The notes: generated from the sequence alone by a model not told the origin. Shown: positions 35,385 to 49,164, counted from the whole stretch's first letter. The stretch: 63,399 nt of DNA, filler included, from Chiloscyllium plagiosum (GCF_004010195.1; 5 parts of one record of this genome joined end to end with filler, not necessarily neighbours in it); one strand, 5' to 3'. Translations and numbers: made by a program.

Positions 35385-37260
35385 TTGGAGGCTGAGGGGT
35401 GACCTTATAGAGGTTTATAAAATCATGAGGGGCATGGATAGAGTAAATAGACAAGATATTTTCCCTGGGGTAGAGAAATCCAGAACTAGAGGGCATAGGT
35501 TTATGGTAAGAGGGAAATTCCGCTCCTATATCTTATGGCCTGAAAACGTTTCGCACAGCGAGCGGTTAGGATTTGGAAAGCAGCGCACTAAAAATATAGA
35601 GTCATAGAATCATAAAGATAGAAACATGCTCCGCCCTATTGAGTCTGCACTGGCACATAAGACCATTTGACCTTCAATCTAATCCCATTTACCAGCACTT
35701 GGCCCACAGCCTTGAATGTTATGATGTGCCAGGTCCTTTTGAACTGGCCTCTGCCACCCTCCCAGGTTGCGCATTCCAGACCATCACCACCCACTGGGTA
35801 AAAAAGATTTTTCCTCACCTCCCCCTCCCAACCATCCTGCCCCTCACCTTGAACCTTGTCCCCACATGACTGACCTTTCAATTAAGGGGAACTGTTGCTC
35901 CTTACCCACTCTGTCCACGCCCATTAGCATCTAGTACACCCCAGTCAGATTGCCCCTTAGCCTTCTCTGCACCAAGGAGGACAAGGCAAATCTTTCTGGC
36001 CTTTCCCCATGACTGAAGTTTTCCATCCTAGGCAGCATTCTGGTGAATCTCCTCTGCAACTACACCCCTGCACCACCCCAACATCCCCCCACCACCCGAC
36101 CCGGACAATCATGTCCTTCCTGTTATATGGTAGGCAGTACTGCACACGGTACTCTAGCTAAGGTCTCATCAAAGTTCCAGACAATTCCTATATGACTTCC
36201 CTTCTTTGTACTTTGGTTGATAAAGACAGGTCATACAGCAGGGAAACTGACCACGTTCCCAAACTAAACTAACCCCTCATTTGGCCCATATTCCTCTAAC
36301 CTTTTCCTGTTCATGTACATATCCAAAAGTGTTCTAAACATTGTAACTGTACCTGCATCTACTGCTCCCTCTGGCAGTTCATTTCATACAACACACCACT
36401 TTTTGCATGAAAAAGTTTCCCCTCAGGTCCCTTTTAAATCTTTTCACGGCACCAGGGACCTGGTAAAAATTTTCTGCTCTCTTTCCAATTTAATAATATC
36501 CTTTCCATAGCAGGATGACCAGAACTGGATGCTGTACTCTGAAAGTGGCCTCACCAACGTCCTGTATAGTCGCAACATGACCTCCCAACTCCTGTACTCA
36601 ATGCACTGACCAATAAAGGTAAGTGTACCAGATGCCTTATTCACCATCCTGTCTCCCAGTAACATGCCTTTCAAGGAACTATGTACCTGAATGAGTCCTG
36701 ATGAAGGGCTTTTGCCCAAAATGTCGATTTTCCTGCTCCTCGGATGCTGCCTGACCTGCTGTGCTTTTCCAGCACCACTCTAATCTAGACTCTGGTTTCC
36801 AGCATCTGCAGTCCTCACTTTTCCCTATGTATCTGAATATCCTCACTGTTAACCACCCGGCCACCCAATCTTTGTGTCATCTGCAAACTTACTCATCCAC
36901 CCTCCCAAAACAGTTATCTGAGTCATTTATATAAACAGTGAATAATAGGGGGCCCAGCACAGATCCTGTTGTAATCCAGTGGACACTGGATTCCAGTCAC
37001 TAAAGCAACCTTCTGTTATCACCTCCTTCCCCTACAACTGAGCCAATCTTGAATCCACCTTTCCAAATTACCCCATATTCCATGTGCACTTACCTTCTTG
37101 ATATGTTTCCTTTGTGAGTTCTTGTCAAAGGCTTTGCTGAAATCCATCTAAACTACATCAACTGCGCTACCCTCATCTATATACCTGGTCCCTCCTCAAA
37201 AAATTCAATCAAGTTTGTTAGACATGACCTCTCTCTAATTAAGCCATGCTGGCTGTCCCA
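35385..37260. mobile_element. Cluster of CR1 fragments (plus strand 35385-35520; minus strand 35600-37260)
   Basis: RLYRTLVRPLSEYSIQFWS and reverse RT motifs. Confidence 0.75.
36696..36824 (+). mobile_element. HHR mini-element
   Basis: cctgatgaagggcttttgcccaaaatgtcg; TSD ctatgtaYctgaat at 36679-36692 and 36825-36838. Confidence 0.85.
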
Positions 37261-37264
37261 GGAA

Positions 37265-37492
37265 GATAGAATAGAATAGAATCCCTACATAGAATCATAG
37301 AATCCCGACAGTGTGGAAACAGGCCCTTCGGCCCAACAAGTCCACACCGACCCTCCAAAGAGTATCCCACCCAGACCCATTCCCCTACCCTATTACTCTA
37401 TATTACCCCTGACTAATGCACCTAACCTACACATCCCTGAACACTATGGGCAATTTAGCGTGGTCAATTCACCGAACCTGCCCATCTTTGGA
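37265..37492 (-). mobile_element. 5'-truncated HE1-type SINE
   Basis: SINE tail with (ATAGA)n repeat. Confidence 0.8.
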
Positions 37493-37857
37493 TGCTCTCC
37501 TTCAGAATTTTCTCCAATATTTTCTCTACCACTGATGTGATTCACCCATCTGTAGTTCTCTGGCTTATCGAAACAGCCCTCCTTTAATATTGGAAACACA
37601 TTAGATGTTCTCCCATCACCAGACTGCAGGGGAGGCAGGTTCAATTGAGGCATTCTAAAGAGAATGAGTTATTAGAGAAAAAACAAGAATGCATAAGGTT
37701 ACAGGAAGAAGGCAGACTGAGTGAGACACTGATTCAGAAACAATGAGACAAATGGTCACCTTCTGTGATTCAGAGGAAGTGAATTCAAATCCCAGTGTGG
37801 ACCCTGGAAGAAATTGGAACCGTGGAAATTGGAACAGTGACAGTGGAGCAGTCAGCT

Positions 37858-38159
37858 TAGCTTACTTACAGTGTGGAAACAGGCCCTTCGGCCCAACAAG
37901 TTCACACCGACCCGCCGAAGCGCAACCCACCCAGACTCATTCCTCTACATCTAACCCTACGGGCAATTTAGCATTGGCCAATTCACCTGACCTGCACATT
38001 TTTGGACTGTGGGAGGAAACCGGAGCACCCGGAGGAAACCCACGCAGATACTGAAAGAATGTGCAAACTCCACACAGAGAGTCGCCTGAGGCAGGGATTG
38101 AACCCGGGTCTCTGGCGCTGTGAGGCAGCAATGCTAACCACTGTGCCACCATGCCACCC
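37858..38159 (-). mobile_element. Full-length HE1-type V-SINE
   Basis: A/B boxes, V-domain and tail on the minus strand. Confidence 0.9.
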
Positions 38160-38239
38160 ACACTAGAGACATATGCTACGCAGCAGTGCACTTTTCCCTG
38201 CAAGAAAGGCAATGTGGGCAAAGAGACATTGAGAAAGAT

Positions 38240-39020
38240 CTAGATAAATGTATTTTGGAAAGGCAAATCAAAGCAGGACCTTTACACTTAATGATTGGGT
38301 CCTAGGCAGTGTTACCAAACAAGGAGACCTCGGGGTGCAGGTTCATAATTCCTTGAAGGTGGAGTCAGAGGTAGACAGGATAGTGAAGAAGAAATTTGGT
38401 AGGATTGCTTTTATTGGCCAGTGCATTGAATCCAGGAGTTGGGAGGTCATGTTGCGGCTGTACAGGACATTGGTTAGGTCACTGTTGGAATCCTGTGTGC
38501 AATTCTCGTAGGAAAGATGTTGTGAAACCTGAAAGGGTTCAGGAAAGATTTACAAGGATGTTGCCAGAGTTGGAGGATTTGAGCTACAGGGAGAGGCTGA
38601 ACAGGCTGGGGCTGTTTATCCCTGGAGCATCGGAGGCTGAGGGTTGACCTTATAGAGGTCTATAAAATCATAAGGGGCATGGGTAGGGTGAACAGACAAG
38701 GTCATTTTCCCAGGTAGAGGAGTCCAAAACTAGAGGCCATAGGTTTAAAGTGAAATATATGAAATGGACCTAAGGGATAACTTTTCCTTGCAGAGGGTGG
38801 TACATGTATGGAATGAGCTGCCAGAGGAAGCAGTGGAGGCTGGTACAATTACAACATTTAAAAGGTATCTGGATGGGTATATGAATAGGAAGGGTTTGGA
38901 AGGATATGGGCCAAGTGCTGGTAAATGGGACTAGATTAATTTAGGATATCTGGTGGGCATGGACGAGTTGGACCAAAGGCTCTATTTCCGTGCTGTACAT
39001 CTCTATAACTCTGTGTCTAT
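38240..39020 (+). mobile_element. CR1 3' portion
   Basis: DLGVQVHNSLKV...RLYRTLVR...; ctataact tail. Confidence 0.9.
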
Positions 39021-39155
39021 AACTGAAAAACACTCTCCTTAGAGATGTTAGCAACAAATGTAGACAGAGGGTGGTGGTTGATGGGAAACGTTCATCCTGG
39101 AATTCAGGTACTAGTGGTGTACCGCAGGGATCTGATCTGGGGCCACTGCAGTTGG

Positions 39156-39470
39156 GCACTGCTGCCTCACAGCGCCAGAGACCAGGGTTCGATTCCCGCC
39201 TCAGGCGACTGTCTGTGTGAAGTTTGCACATTCTCCCCGTGTCTGCGTGGGTTTCCTCCGGGTGCTCCGATTTCCTCCCACAATCCAAAAATGTGCAGAT
39301 TAGGTGAATTGGCCATGCTAAATTGCCTGCAGTGTTAGGTGAAGGGGTAAATGTATGGGGAAGGGGTCTGGGTGGGTTCGCTTCGGAGGGTTGGTGTGGA
39401 CTTGTTGGGCCGAGGGGCCTGTTTCCACACTGTAAGTAAGTAATGTAATCTAAAAAGTAATCTAATCTAA
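39156..39470 (+). mobile_element. HE1-type V-SINE
   Basis: B box ggttcgattcc, V-domain, (TCTAA)n tail. Confidence 0.9.
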
Positions 39471-40529
39471 ATATCATGCCCTTGAAATGGCTTGCTCAAG
39501 TGTCTCAGAAATGTGTCTGCCTGAGGTCTTTTGAAGACGTATATCCATACACCAGAGGGTAGTGTTGGTGAGAAGCCACATATTCGCACAATTGTGATGG
39601 GCCGAATGGCCTCTTTCCTTTCTGTATTTCTCCATGATTCTGTAAAGTTCTATTGTTCAGCCTGCTGTCCCTCAGTGTGCACTAGGGCTGTGTCCTGGGG
39701 GATTGCTGGGTCCGGTATAATTGTGCCTGAGCAAACTGTCAGCGACCTCAGGGAGCCAGCCTTCAGGGGATTGGAAGGAAACTCGACTTTAAACATGACC
39801 AAGAATGTTTTGTCTTTCTTCAGTCTGAGAGCTTGCTTTTCTCTGGATTAGATTTGGCAGAGGAATGACCTATAATCCTTTGCTTCAAGGTGTTTTTTTT
39901 TCTCTCTCTTTCCCCACCTGTGAATTACTGTAATAATGGCATAATTTGAACATGTTTCTCTGGGCATTTTGAAGGTTTATACTCCTTAATCACTTTATTG
40001 CTGTACAATTATAGGATTAAAGCTCTCTGCTTGTAAACTCTACATCCATTTCCACAGAAATAGCTTGCAGAGCGGACCATGTTAATGAAAGGCCAGGTGT
40101 CTTTGATGGTGTTATATTCTCAGACATGAATGTTAAAGCACCAAGGAGATTATTCGGCCCATGTTGCCTGTACTAACTCTCTGAAACTCTTTCTGCAAAT
40201 TTATTTCCCCTTCAAGTATTTATCCAATTCAGCCTGCTTCTATTATACTTTCAGGTAGTTTACTCCAGGTCAAACCAACTGCAGGAGTTAAAAAAAAACA
40301 CAGTCTCCACATCTTCTCTCCTGGTCCTTTTGTGATTTGTCATAAATCTGTGTCTTCTGCTTTACTGAGCTGCCTGTCAGTGGAACCAGTCCTTCTAATC
40401 CCTTTGTCAAATCCCACTTTTGTTTTAAAACCTCTGATTTACCAGGAGTTCAGCGAGATTAATTGACCTTCAATTCCGATGTAAACTCTCTCTTTCTCTC
40501 CAGTTTCTTCCCACTTATCCTGGATGCTG

Positions 40530-42375
40530 TGAATCACAGAATCACAGAACGTTAATAGCACGCGAGCAGGCCATTTAACCCTTCATGCCTGGACCGACCC
40601 TATTACCTCATGTCAATTTTCTCCATATCCCTGCATGCCGTTTCTATCCAGTGCCCTCCTGAAATTCCTCATTTGAACCTGTCCCACCACATTTCCAGGC
40701 AGGTGCATTCCAAACCCTAACCCCTCATTGAATGCGAAAGCTTTTTAATCATATCTCCTTTTGCGTCCCACTTTAAATCTATACCATCTTGTTATTGTTC
40801 CTTTTATGAGCAGTAACAGCTTCTCCCTCTCTATCCATGATTTTGAAAACCCCTATTAGACCTCCTCTGAGCCTTCTCCTCTCTAAGGAGAACATTCCCA
40901 GCTTCTCCAGTCTCTCCTCATCACTGATGTTTCTCATCCCACTCTTGTAAATCGCTTCTGCACTCTCACTCCAACATCTTTCCGATAAAGATAATCCCAC
41001 CATGCTCTCAACGGTTGGTTTACATTCATTTCGAGCCTTTGCTTTTTCTCCTGTGCACCGCTCTTCTCTGTCTGTTATCCCCAGTAGCCCCAGGACACTG
41101 GTCGACAGGAGCCCATCACTCCCACCCCTCCCTGACCTCTCTCCTATCCTTGTGGCAGCAGCCTATGTAGTTGTGGATGCTGGATAGGGAATGCTACACT
41201 GGTGGATGTGGCTACAGTCACAAAATGTAGAAGATATTTTGTACGTGAATAAGAAATGTTTGGAGGGATATGGACCAAGCGCAGGCAGGTGGGACTAGTT
41301 TAGTTTGGGATTATGGTCAGCACGGACTAGTTAGACTGAAGGGTCTGTTTCCGTGCTGTATGACTCTATGTCTCTACAAAGCCTCAGTTGGTTTGCATCT
41401 GGATTAGGGTTCAGTTTTGTTCTCCTTAATTAGGAAAGGATATTCGTCCACTGGATTCAGTTCAGAGAATCTTCACTTGCCTGTACTCACAGGAACTTAG
41501 AAGATTGGGAGGTGATCCTAGTCAAACACATTAGATCCTGGGACAGAGCTCAGAGGAGGTTTCCTCTTATGGGGGAATCTAGCAGTAGGGGATGCAGTTT
41601 ACAAATTAATGGTTTCCCATTTAAGGCACAGCTGAGATTGAATCTGCTCCCAGAAAGCCATTAGAATGTGGAATTCTCTCCTTCGGTAAACAGTGGAGAC
41701 GGGAGAGTTGTTGAATATGTTCAGGACTGAGTTAGACAGAGCCTCGATAAACAAGGGAGTCAAAGCTGATATGGGGCAGGCAGGAAACTGGAGGTGATGC
41801 CACAATTAGATCAGTCATAATCATATCGACAGTGGAGTAGACTCAATGGGCCTCCCCTTCCTCTTAATACACTTGGGAGAGCAGCCCATGGAGTAGTCAC
41901 AGATAACCTGTCACAGTCCAGGGGTGTCAGTCTGGGCAGTGTCCATTCGGGATGTGCAGGAGATCGGAGAATGTTTCAGGGAAGACAAGATTAGGAGCAG
42001 ATTGAGGCTATTCAGCCCCTTGAGTTAGGTCTTCCAAACTCACAGATTGTGGCTGAAGGGCTCCCCAATCCAATTTATTGTATAATATACCAATATTATA
42101 TTTGTACCTGTATATATTACTGTACCTGTAGACATCACCTCCTCTGGCAGCTCATTCCACACACACACACACAAACACACACACACCCCTCTGTGTGAAA
42201 AAGTTGGCCCTCAGGTCCCTTTTAAATCTTTCCCCCTCTCTCCTTCAACCTGTGCCCTCTAGTTTTGGACTCTCCTACCCTGGGAAAAGACATTGGCTAT
42301 TCACCCTATCCATGCCCCTGATGATTTTCTAAGTCTCTACAAGGTCACCCCTCAGCCTCCGAAGCTCCAGGGAAA
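40530..42375. mobile_element. Cluster of decayed CR1 3' fragments on both strands
   Basis: ERLEKLGMFSLERRRLRGGLI; gactctat tail near 41362; (CA)n at 42159-42186. Confidence 0.7.
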
Positions 42376-43377
42376 AAAAAGTTTACAACTATAATTGACA
42401 GGGTAACACACTTTCAAGATGTGGGATCCTGTTGTGCTCAAATTAGCCACTGGAACTGAATATATAACCGCAGTATCTTTGCTTTGAGAGATCACTATTG
42501 CTCTCACGTTCCTATCAGTGTTTGGAGGATGTGAAAGGTGCTATGGAAGTGCAACTCCTTTCCATCGAGGCTTGCTGTGGGCAGGTTAACCGTTCCTCAG
42601 AGTCCTCTCACTGATATCTGTCACTCAGCTGTCACTCGGTGTTTGACCTGCAGCTAGAGGCCAGAATGAGGAAAGGAGGAACAGCATTTATAGATTTCAA
42701 AAGAAATTATAACGTTTATTGTGAAAGATGAGCTGAATTGGAATAATTTCCTCCGAGTGCGTTCCTGCTGATTGAAGTCAGTCCTAGGGCATTTTACATG
42801 GACAGTCCCATTATCATTTCAAACAGCAGTTAATTATTCTATTAAACAAAGCCCACTTTTTCCATCTAAGACTTTCATTTTGCTCTTTAATTTCTCCCCG
42901 AGGAATCCATACTGTTCAAAACATTCTTGTGCAAGATATTGCTTGGCTATATTTTAACTGTTTCATGTTGTTGGGACTCCATTTGCCCCTGAGTGAAGCT
43001 TTCCTTCCTGTAGGAGTGCATGATACCTTCACACATCCATCTCCCACTCAGACCTTGCCTGTTTGGAAGAATTAAACTCTCCAATGACATTCTTCACAGT
43101 AGAGCCAGGATTCTCTTCAGGTCCTCACCCATTTACCATCCAAGCACTGACTACAGTCAGCCAGTTAGCTTCATTGGCTGGAAGACTGGTCATGCTGCGG
43201 AATGATGCCAACAACAACGTGGGTTCAATGTGTGATTTATCATGAAGGACCCCCTTCTTACCCTTGCCCCCTTGCCTGCAGCATGGAAACCCTCAGGTTA
43301 TACTCATTCCCATCCCTCTCCCTCCAATCGGCCTCCTGGATCTTCACTTTCATTGCTGTTTCAGAAAAGGGTGTCAG

Positions 43378-45190
43378 TGCGAGTGTGTGTGTGTCTGTGT
43401 CTGTGTGTACGTGTGTCTGTGTGTGTGTCTGTGAATGTATCTGGAAGAGTGTGTACCTGTGTTTGTATGTATCTGTGTGAGTGTTTAACTGTATGAGTGT
43501 GTACCTGTGGGTGTATGTACCTGTATGAGTGTGTAGCTGTGTGAGTGCATGTAACTGTGTGAGTGTATGTACCTGCATGAGGGTGGACCTTTGTGTGTGT
43601 GTACCTGTGTGAGTGTGTATGTAACTGTATGAGTGGATGTACCTATGTGAGTGTATACGGTGTGAGTGTGTACCTTTGTGAGTATGTACCTGTGTGAGTG
43701 TATGTACCTGTGTATGTACCTGTGTGAGCGTATGTACCTGTGAGAATGTGTGTACTTGTGTGAGTGTATGTAGCTGCATGTGTATGTACCAGTGTGAGTG
43801 TATGTACCTGTGTGAGCGTGTGTACTTGTGTGAGTGTTTGTACCTGTGTGTGTATGTACCTCTGTGAGTGTGTGTACCTGTATGAGTGTATGTCCCTGTA
43901 TGAATGTATGTTCCTGTGTGAGTGTGTACCTGTGTGAGTGTGTATACCTGTGTGTGTGTACCTGTGTGTGTATGTACCAGTAAGAGTGTGTACCTGTGTG
44001 AGTGTGTACCTGTGTGTATATGCACCTATATGAGTGTGCACCTGTGTGAGGGTATGTTCCTATATGAGTGTATCTAACTGTGTGAGTGTACATACCTGTG
44101 TGAGTGTGTACCGGTGTAAGTGTATGTCCCTGTGTGAATGTATTTCCCTGTGTGTTTGTACCTGTGTGAGTGTGTGTACCTGTGTGAGTGTGTACCTGTG
44201 TGTATGTATGTACCTGTATGTGACTGTACCTGTGTGTGTGTGTCTGTGTGCGTACCTATGTGTGTATATGCCCATGTGAGAATGTACCTGTATGAATGTA
44301 TGTTCCTGTATGAGTGTATGTACCTGTGAGTGTGTACCTGTGAGATTGTATGTGCCTGTGTGAGTGAATGTACCTGTGCGAGTGTGTGCATCAATGTGAC
44401 TGTGTGTACCTGTGTGAGTGTATGTACCTGTGCGAGTGTGTGTACCTGTGTGAGTGTGCACCTGTGTGTGTGTCTGTGTGTGTGTGTGTGTACCTGTGTG
44501 AGTGTATGTACCTGTGCGAGTGTGTGTACCTGTGTGAGTGTGCACCTGTGTGTGTGTCTGTGTGTGTGTGTGTGTACCTGTGTGAGTGTATGTACCTGTG
44601 CGAGTGTGTGTACCTGTGTGAGTGTGCACCTGTGTGTGTGTCTGTGTGTGTGTGTGTGTACCTGTGTGAGTGTATGTACCTATGTAAGTGTGTACCTGTG
44701 TGAGTGTATGCCTGTGTGTACCTGTGTGAATATGTATCAGTGTGAGTATATGTACCTGTGTGAGTGTGTGTCAGTGTGATTGTGTGTACCAGTGTGAGTG
44801 TGTACCTGTGTGAGTGTATGTACCTGTGCGAGTGTGTGTACCTGTGTGAGTGTGCACCTGTGTGTGTGTCTGTGTGTGTGTGTGTNNNNNNNNNNNNNNN
44901 NNNNNNNNNNNNNNNNNNNNNNNNNNNNNTTAATTAATTAANNNNNNNNNNNNNNNNNNNNNNNNNNNNNNNNNNNNNNNNNNNNTTGTGTGTGTATATA
45001 GGAGTATCTGTGTGTTTGTGAGTGTGTGTATAGGAGTATGTGTGTGTGTGTGTGAATGTGTATCTGTGTGAGTGTGTGTGTGTGTCTGTGTGAGTGTATA
45101 CCTGTGTGAGTGTGTGTCTGTGTGAATGTGTATCTGTGTGAGTGTATACCTGTGTGAGTGTGTGTATCTGTGTGAGTGTGTGTCTGTGGT
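43378..45190. repeat. (TG)n-derived minisatellite, units such as tgtacctgtgtgag
   Basis: Visible tandem pattern with a ~74-bp higher-order repeat near 44400-44680; contains a gap. Confidence 0.95.
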
Positions 45191-45889
45191 AATGTGTAGG
45201 AGACCTTGTTTACTGTAAGAATAAACCTGAGCTTATCCATTGCCTGCAGAATCTACAGCACAATATTAAGAGGAAGAAAGGAACAAAACGATAAAAGTAT
45301 TGTCTATCAAAAGTGACAAACTGCTCAGACTATGGCTCCATGTTGAGCAACATTCTGTGAGCAGCTTAGGGCCCCTGTCAAATCTGCCCGTGACATCACG
45401 TCTGTGTTCCGAGCCAATCATTAACAGTACACCGACAGTGAGCAAGAAGGTGGTAATGAGCAGGTAGACTTGTCGTCATGGTGGGGGTGTTCACAGAGCA
45501 GCTGGGGTGAAGTGAATCCCACTGTTCTGTCCTTTACTGACCCCCTCAGCCATCACAGGAGTGGCATTGAGTGACATGAGAAAAAACCAGTTCACACATT
45601 CCCCACTGCTCACCTGGCACTCAGTTGGTATCTAACAGCGGTACAGTTGCACTGCTCACTGAACCCAGCTGGATACTTAACATTGCCAGTTAATACACAG
45701 CTGTGTTGTTTAATGTTAGTCAAAAGGAGTCTAATTGTGAATCCAGTTATAGATCAGGCATTCTTGATTAATTAATTAAAGCCAACTCATTAACACGGTT
45801 TTTGGGCAGGTGATCCCAATTCTCATGTTCGCAGTTTGTCAATGTGTGAGGGAGTTGGTGTGCACACACTGTGTAAAAGTAGGTGAAAT

Positions 45890-46260
45890 GCCAGCCTTTA
45901 TAAATATGATCCATGGGAACTCCTGGGCTATTTTTGGAATAGCGTTCCAAAGGGGACTTTCCCATGTCCCTTTTCTGTGAAATTATCTTGCATTTTTTGA
46001 CTGCAACTTCTGTAGTGACGTGATGGAATAACTGATGTCCAACCAGAACTACCTTTTGTGCCAGGTATGACTCCAATCAGTCAAGACACTTCCCCCACGC
46101 TTCCCTGTTGATCCAGTTTTGCTCGGGTTCCTTGATGCCCACATTCAGTCAAATGCAGTTTGATGTCAAGAGCAATCACCCTCTTCCCCACCCTGGAATT
46201 CAGCTCTTTTTTGGACACTGGGCATAATTATCCCCAGAACCATAAAGTCCTGGCAGAACC
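45890..46260 (-). mobile_element. Decayed RT fragment of a second CR1/L2-type LINE family
   Basis: Reverse strand resembles RVIALDIKxAFDxVW. Confidence 0.55.
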
Positions 46261-46889
46261 AAAACATGGAAAGACCAGAGTCAGACTTGGCCATTCAGTC
46301 CCTGAAGTCTGCTCCATCACTCAACTGGACTGTCCCTGATCATTTACCTTAATGCTACTTTTCCAGACTACCTCCACATCCTTTGATGCTATAAATCTCC
46401 ACAAATTTACCATCTTTAGTTTTGACAACACTGAATGGTTGAACTTCCACAGCCCTCTTGAGTAGAGAATTCTATAGATTCCCCTGAGTGAAGGAATAAT
46501 ACATCTCAGTCTTAACTGGGTTACCCCTTATCCGGTGATTATCTCCTCACGGTCGGTTTGTCCCCTTCCTGAAATCATTCTTTGCCATGGAATATACCTT
46601 TGCAGTGAGTCATAAACTATTTTCTCAAACATCTAACATTATTCATCAACCATCTTTTCTGTTAATCTCCTTGCCCAGCCCACTCCAACCAACTCTTCAG
46701 TTACATCTTGGTAATTAATCTTATTTAAGTTTAACACATTAGTTGTTTCCAAAACTAGTTTCGCACTCCCAAACTGAACGATAAATTCTACCATGTTATG
46801 GTCACTCACTGTCTCCTAATCCAGTTCCGGTTTTTTAACAAGTTCTTTGATTTTCTTGCACTTCTGGGAGTTTTTCAGGGCAAAGTCTG

Positions 46890-47290
46890 GGAGGGGAGCC
46901 AACGCCCTAGTGTTATTGTCACTGGACTGTTAATCTGGAGACCCAGCTAATGTTCTGGGGGCGGCACGGTGGCTCACAGCACCAAGATCCCAGGTTCGAT
47001 TCCAGCCTCGGGTAACTGTCTGTGTGGAGTTTGCACATTCTCCCCGTGTTTGATTGGGTTTCCTCCAGGTGCTCCGGTTTCCTCCCACATTCCAAAGATG
47101 TGGAAGTGAGGGTGAATTGAGCATGCTAAATTGTCCATGGTGTTCAGGGATGTGTAGGTTAGTTGCATTGATCATGGGTAAATATAGGCTAGGGAAATGG
47201 ATCTGGGTGGGTTACTCTTTGGAGGGTTGGTGTGGACTTGTTGGGCCAAAGGGCCTGTTTCCACACTGTAGGGATTCTATGAAATTCTAT
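46890..47290 (+). mobile_element. Second-family SINE head (46890-46957) joined to an HE1-type SINE (46958-47290)
   Basis: cctagtgttattgtcactggactgttaatc...ttctgggg then gcggcacggtggctc. Confidence 0.8.
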
Positions 47291-47509
47291 GAAAACTAAT
47301 TCACGCCAGGTCTCATAATTAACAGGAAAATAACTTTTTATTGTAAAACAAAATTCACAACTGGCAATTCCATCGGTAATCTTTACCATATTGTATGTAT
47401 CTGTGAAGACAGATATCAAAGTCAGAATCTTATAGGGAATTGTGTGACTTGGGCCGGGCAAGATTTATGGCAGAATAAAGATTTCAGGATTTAAGGTGAG
47501 TATTTTTAA

Positions 47510-48775
47510 GGTGAGAGGAGAAAGATTTAAAAAAGACACGTGGGGTAACTTTTTAACGTAGAAAGTGGTTTCAGATGAACTGGTCGATGTGGGTACAGTT
47601 ACAATGTTTAAAAGAGATTTGATTGAGTACATGAATAAGAAATGTTTGGAGGGATATGGGCCAAGCGCAGGCAGGTGGGACTAGATTAGTTTGGGATTAT
47701 GTTCGACATGGACTGGTCGGACTGAAGGGGCTGTTTCCGTGCTGTATAAAACTCAATGACTCTATAATCAGATGAGAAGTCTGGTTAAGATGACCTCAAC
47801 TGTGGAAGCATCTTTTGACAGGATAGGACAGAGTCAGCATGGATTTAGGAAGGGGAAATCATGCTTGACTAATCTTCTTGAATTTTTTGAGGATGTAACT
47901 ATGAAGTTGGATGAGGGAAATCCAGTAGATGTAGTGTACCTGGACTTTCAGAAAGCTTTTGATAAAGTCCCACACAGGAGGTTAGTGAGTAAAATTAGGG
48001 TGCATGGTATTGGGGGCAAAGTACTAGATTGGACTGAAAATTGGTTGGCTAATAGGAAACAAAAGGTAGTGATAAACGGCTCCATTTCGGAACGGCAGGC
48101 AGTGACCAGTGGGGTACCGTGCTGGGACCACAGCTTTTTACAATATATGTTAATGATATAGAAGATAGTATCAGCAATAACATTAGCAAATTTGCTGATG
48201 ATACAAAGCTGGGCGGCAGGGTGAAAAGTGATGAGGATGTTAGGAGATTACAGGGTGACCTGGACAAGTCAGGTGAGTGGGCAGATGCATGGCAGATGCA
48301 GTTTAATATGGATAAATNNNNNNNNNNNNNNNNNNNNNNNNNNNNNNNNNNNNNNNNNNNNNNNNNNNNNNNNNNNNNNNNNNNNNNNNNNNNNNNNNNN
48401 NNNNNNNNNNNNNNNNNNNNNNNNNNNNNNCAGCAGGAAACATGTTTCCGCTAATGGGTGAGTCCCGAATCAGAGGACACAGCTTAAAAATACGGGGTAG
48501 ACCATTTAGGACAGAGATGAGGAGAAACTTCTTCACCCAGAGAGTGGTGGCTGTGTGGAATGCTCTGCCCCAGAGGGCAGTGGAGGCCCAGTCTCTGGAT
48601 TAATTTAAGAAAGAGTTGGATAGAGCTCTCAAAGATAGTGGAATCAAGGGTTATGGAGATAAAACAGGAACAGGATCCTGATTAGGAATGATCAGCCATG
48701 ATTATATTGAATGGCGGTGCAGGCTCGAAGGGCTGAATGACCTACTCCTGCACCTATTGCCTATTGTCTATTGAC
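47510..48775 (+). mobile_element. CR1 3' end (47510-47765) and CR1 RT to 3' end (47815-48775)
   Basis: SQHGFRKGKSCLTNLLEFF...YLDFQKAFDKVPH...FADDTKL; (CTATTG)n tail. Confidence 0.9.
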
Positions 48776-48904
48776 AAGTAGTGAGAATGGTTTCTCGCTA
48801 GGCAGTTGTCAATGAAGGGAGATGAGTGTTTGTTCAGTAGACTTGTTAATGGCCCAACGCAGCTCATTAATATTCAGCTTACCCAATACAACAAGCAAGC
48901 CAAT

Positions 48905-49157
48905 GCATCTGCACTGACCCTCCAAAGACCCACCCCCGTCATCCTGAATTTCCCATGGCTAATGCACCTAACCGACACATTCCTGAACACTATGGGTAAT
49001 TTACGTGACCAATCCACCTAACAAGCATAGCTTTGGAGTGTGGAAGCTCCCAGAGAAAACCCACAAACTCCACACAGACAGTTGCCTGAGGCTGGAATTG
49101 AACCCAGTTCCCTGGCACTGTGAGGCAGCAGTGCTAACCACTGAGCCACCATGCCAC
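48905..49157 (-). mobile_element. Decayed HE1-type SINE
   Basis: gctaaccactgagccaccatgcc head on the minus strand. Confidence 0.8.
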
Positions 49158-49164
49158 ACAAATG

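Noticed and set aside
43258..45240. His/Thr- and Cys/Val-rich ORFs
   Set aside because: Translations of TG/CA simple repeats.
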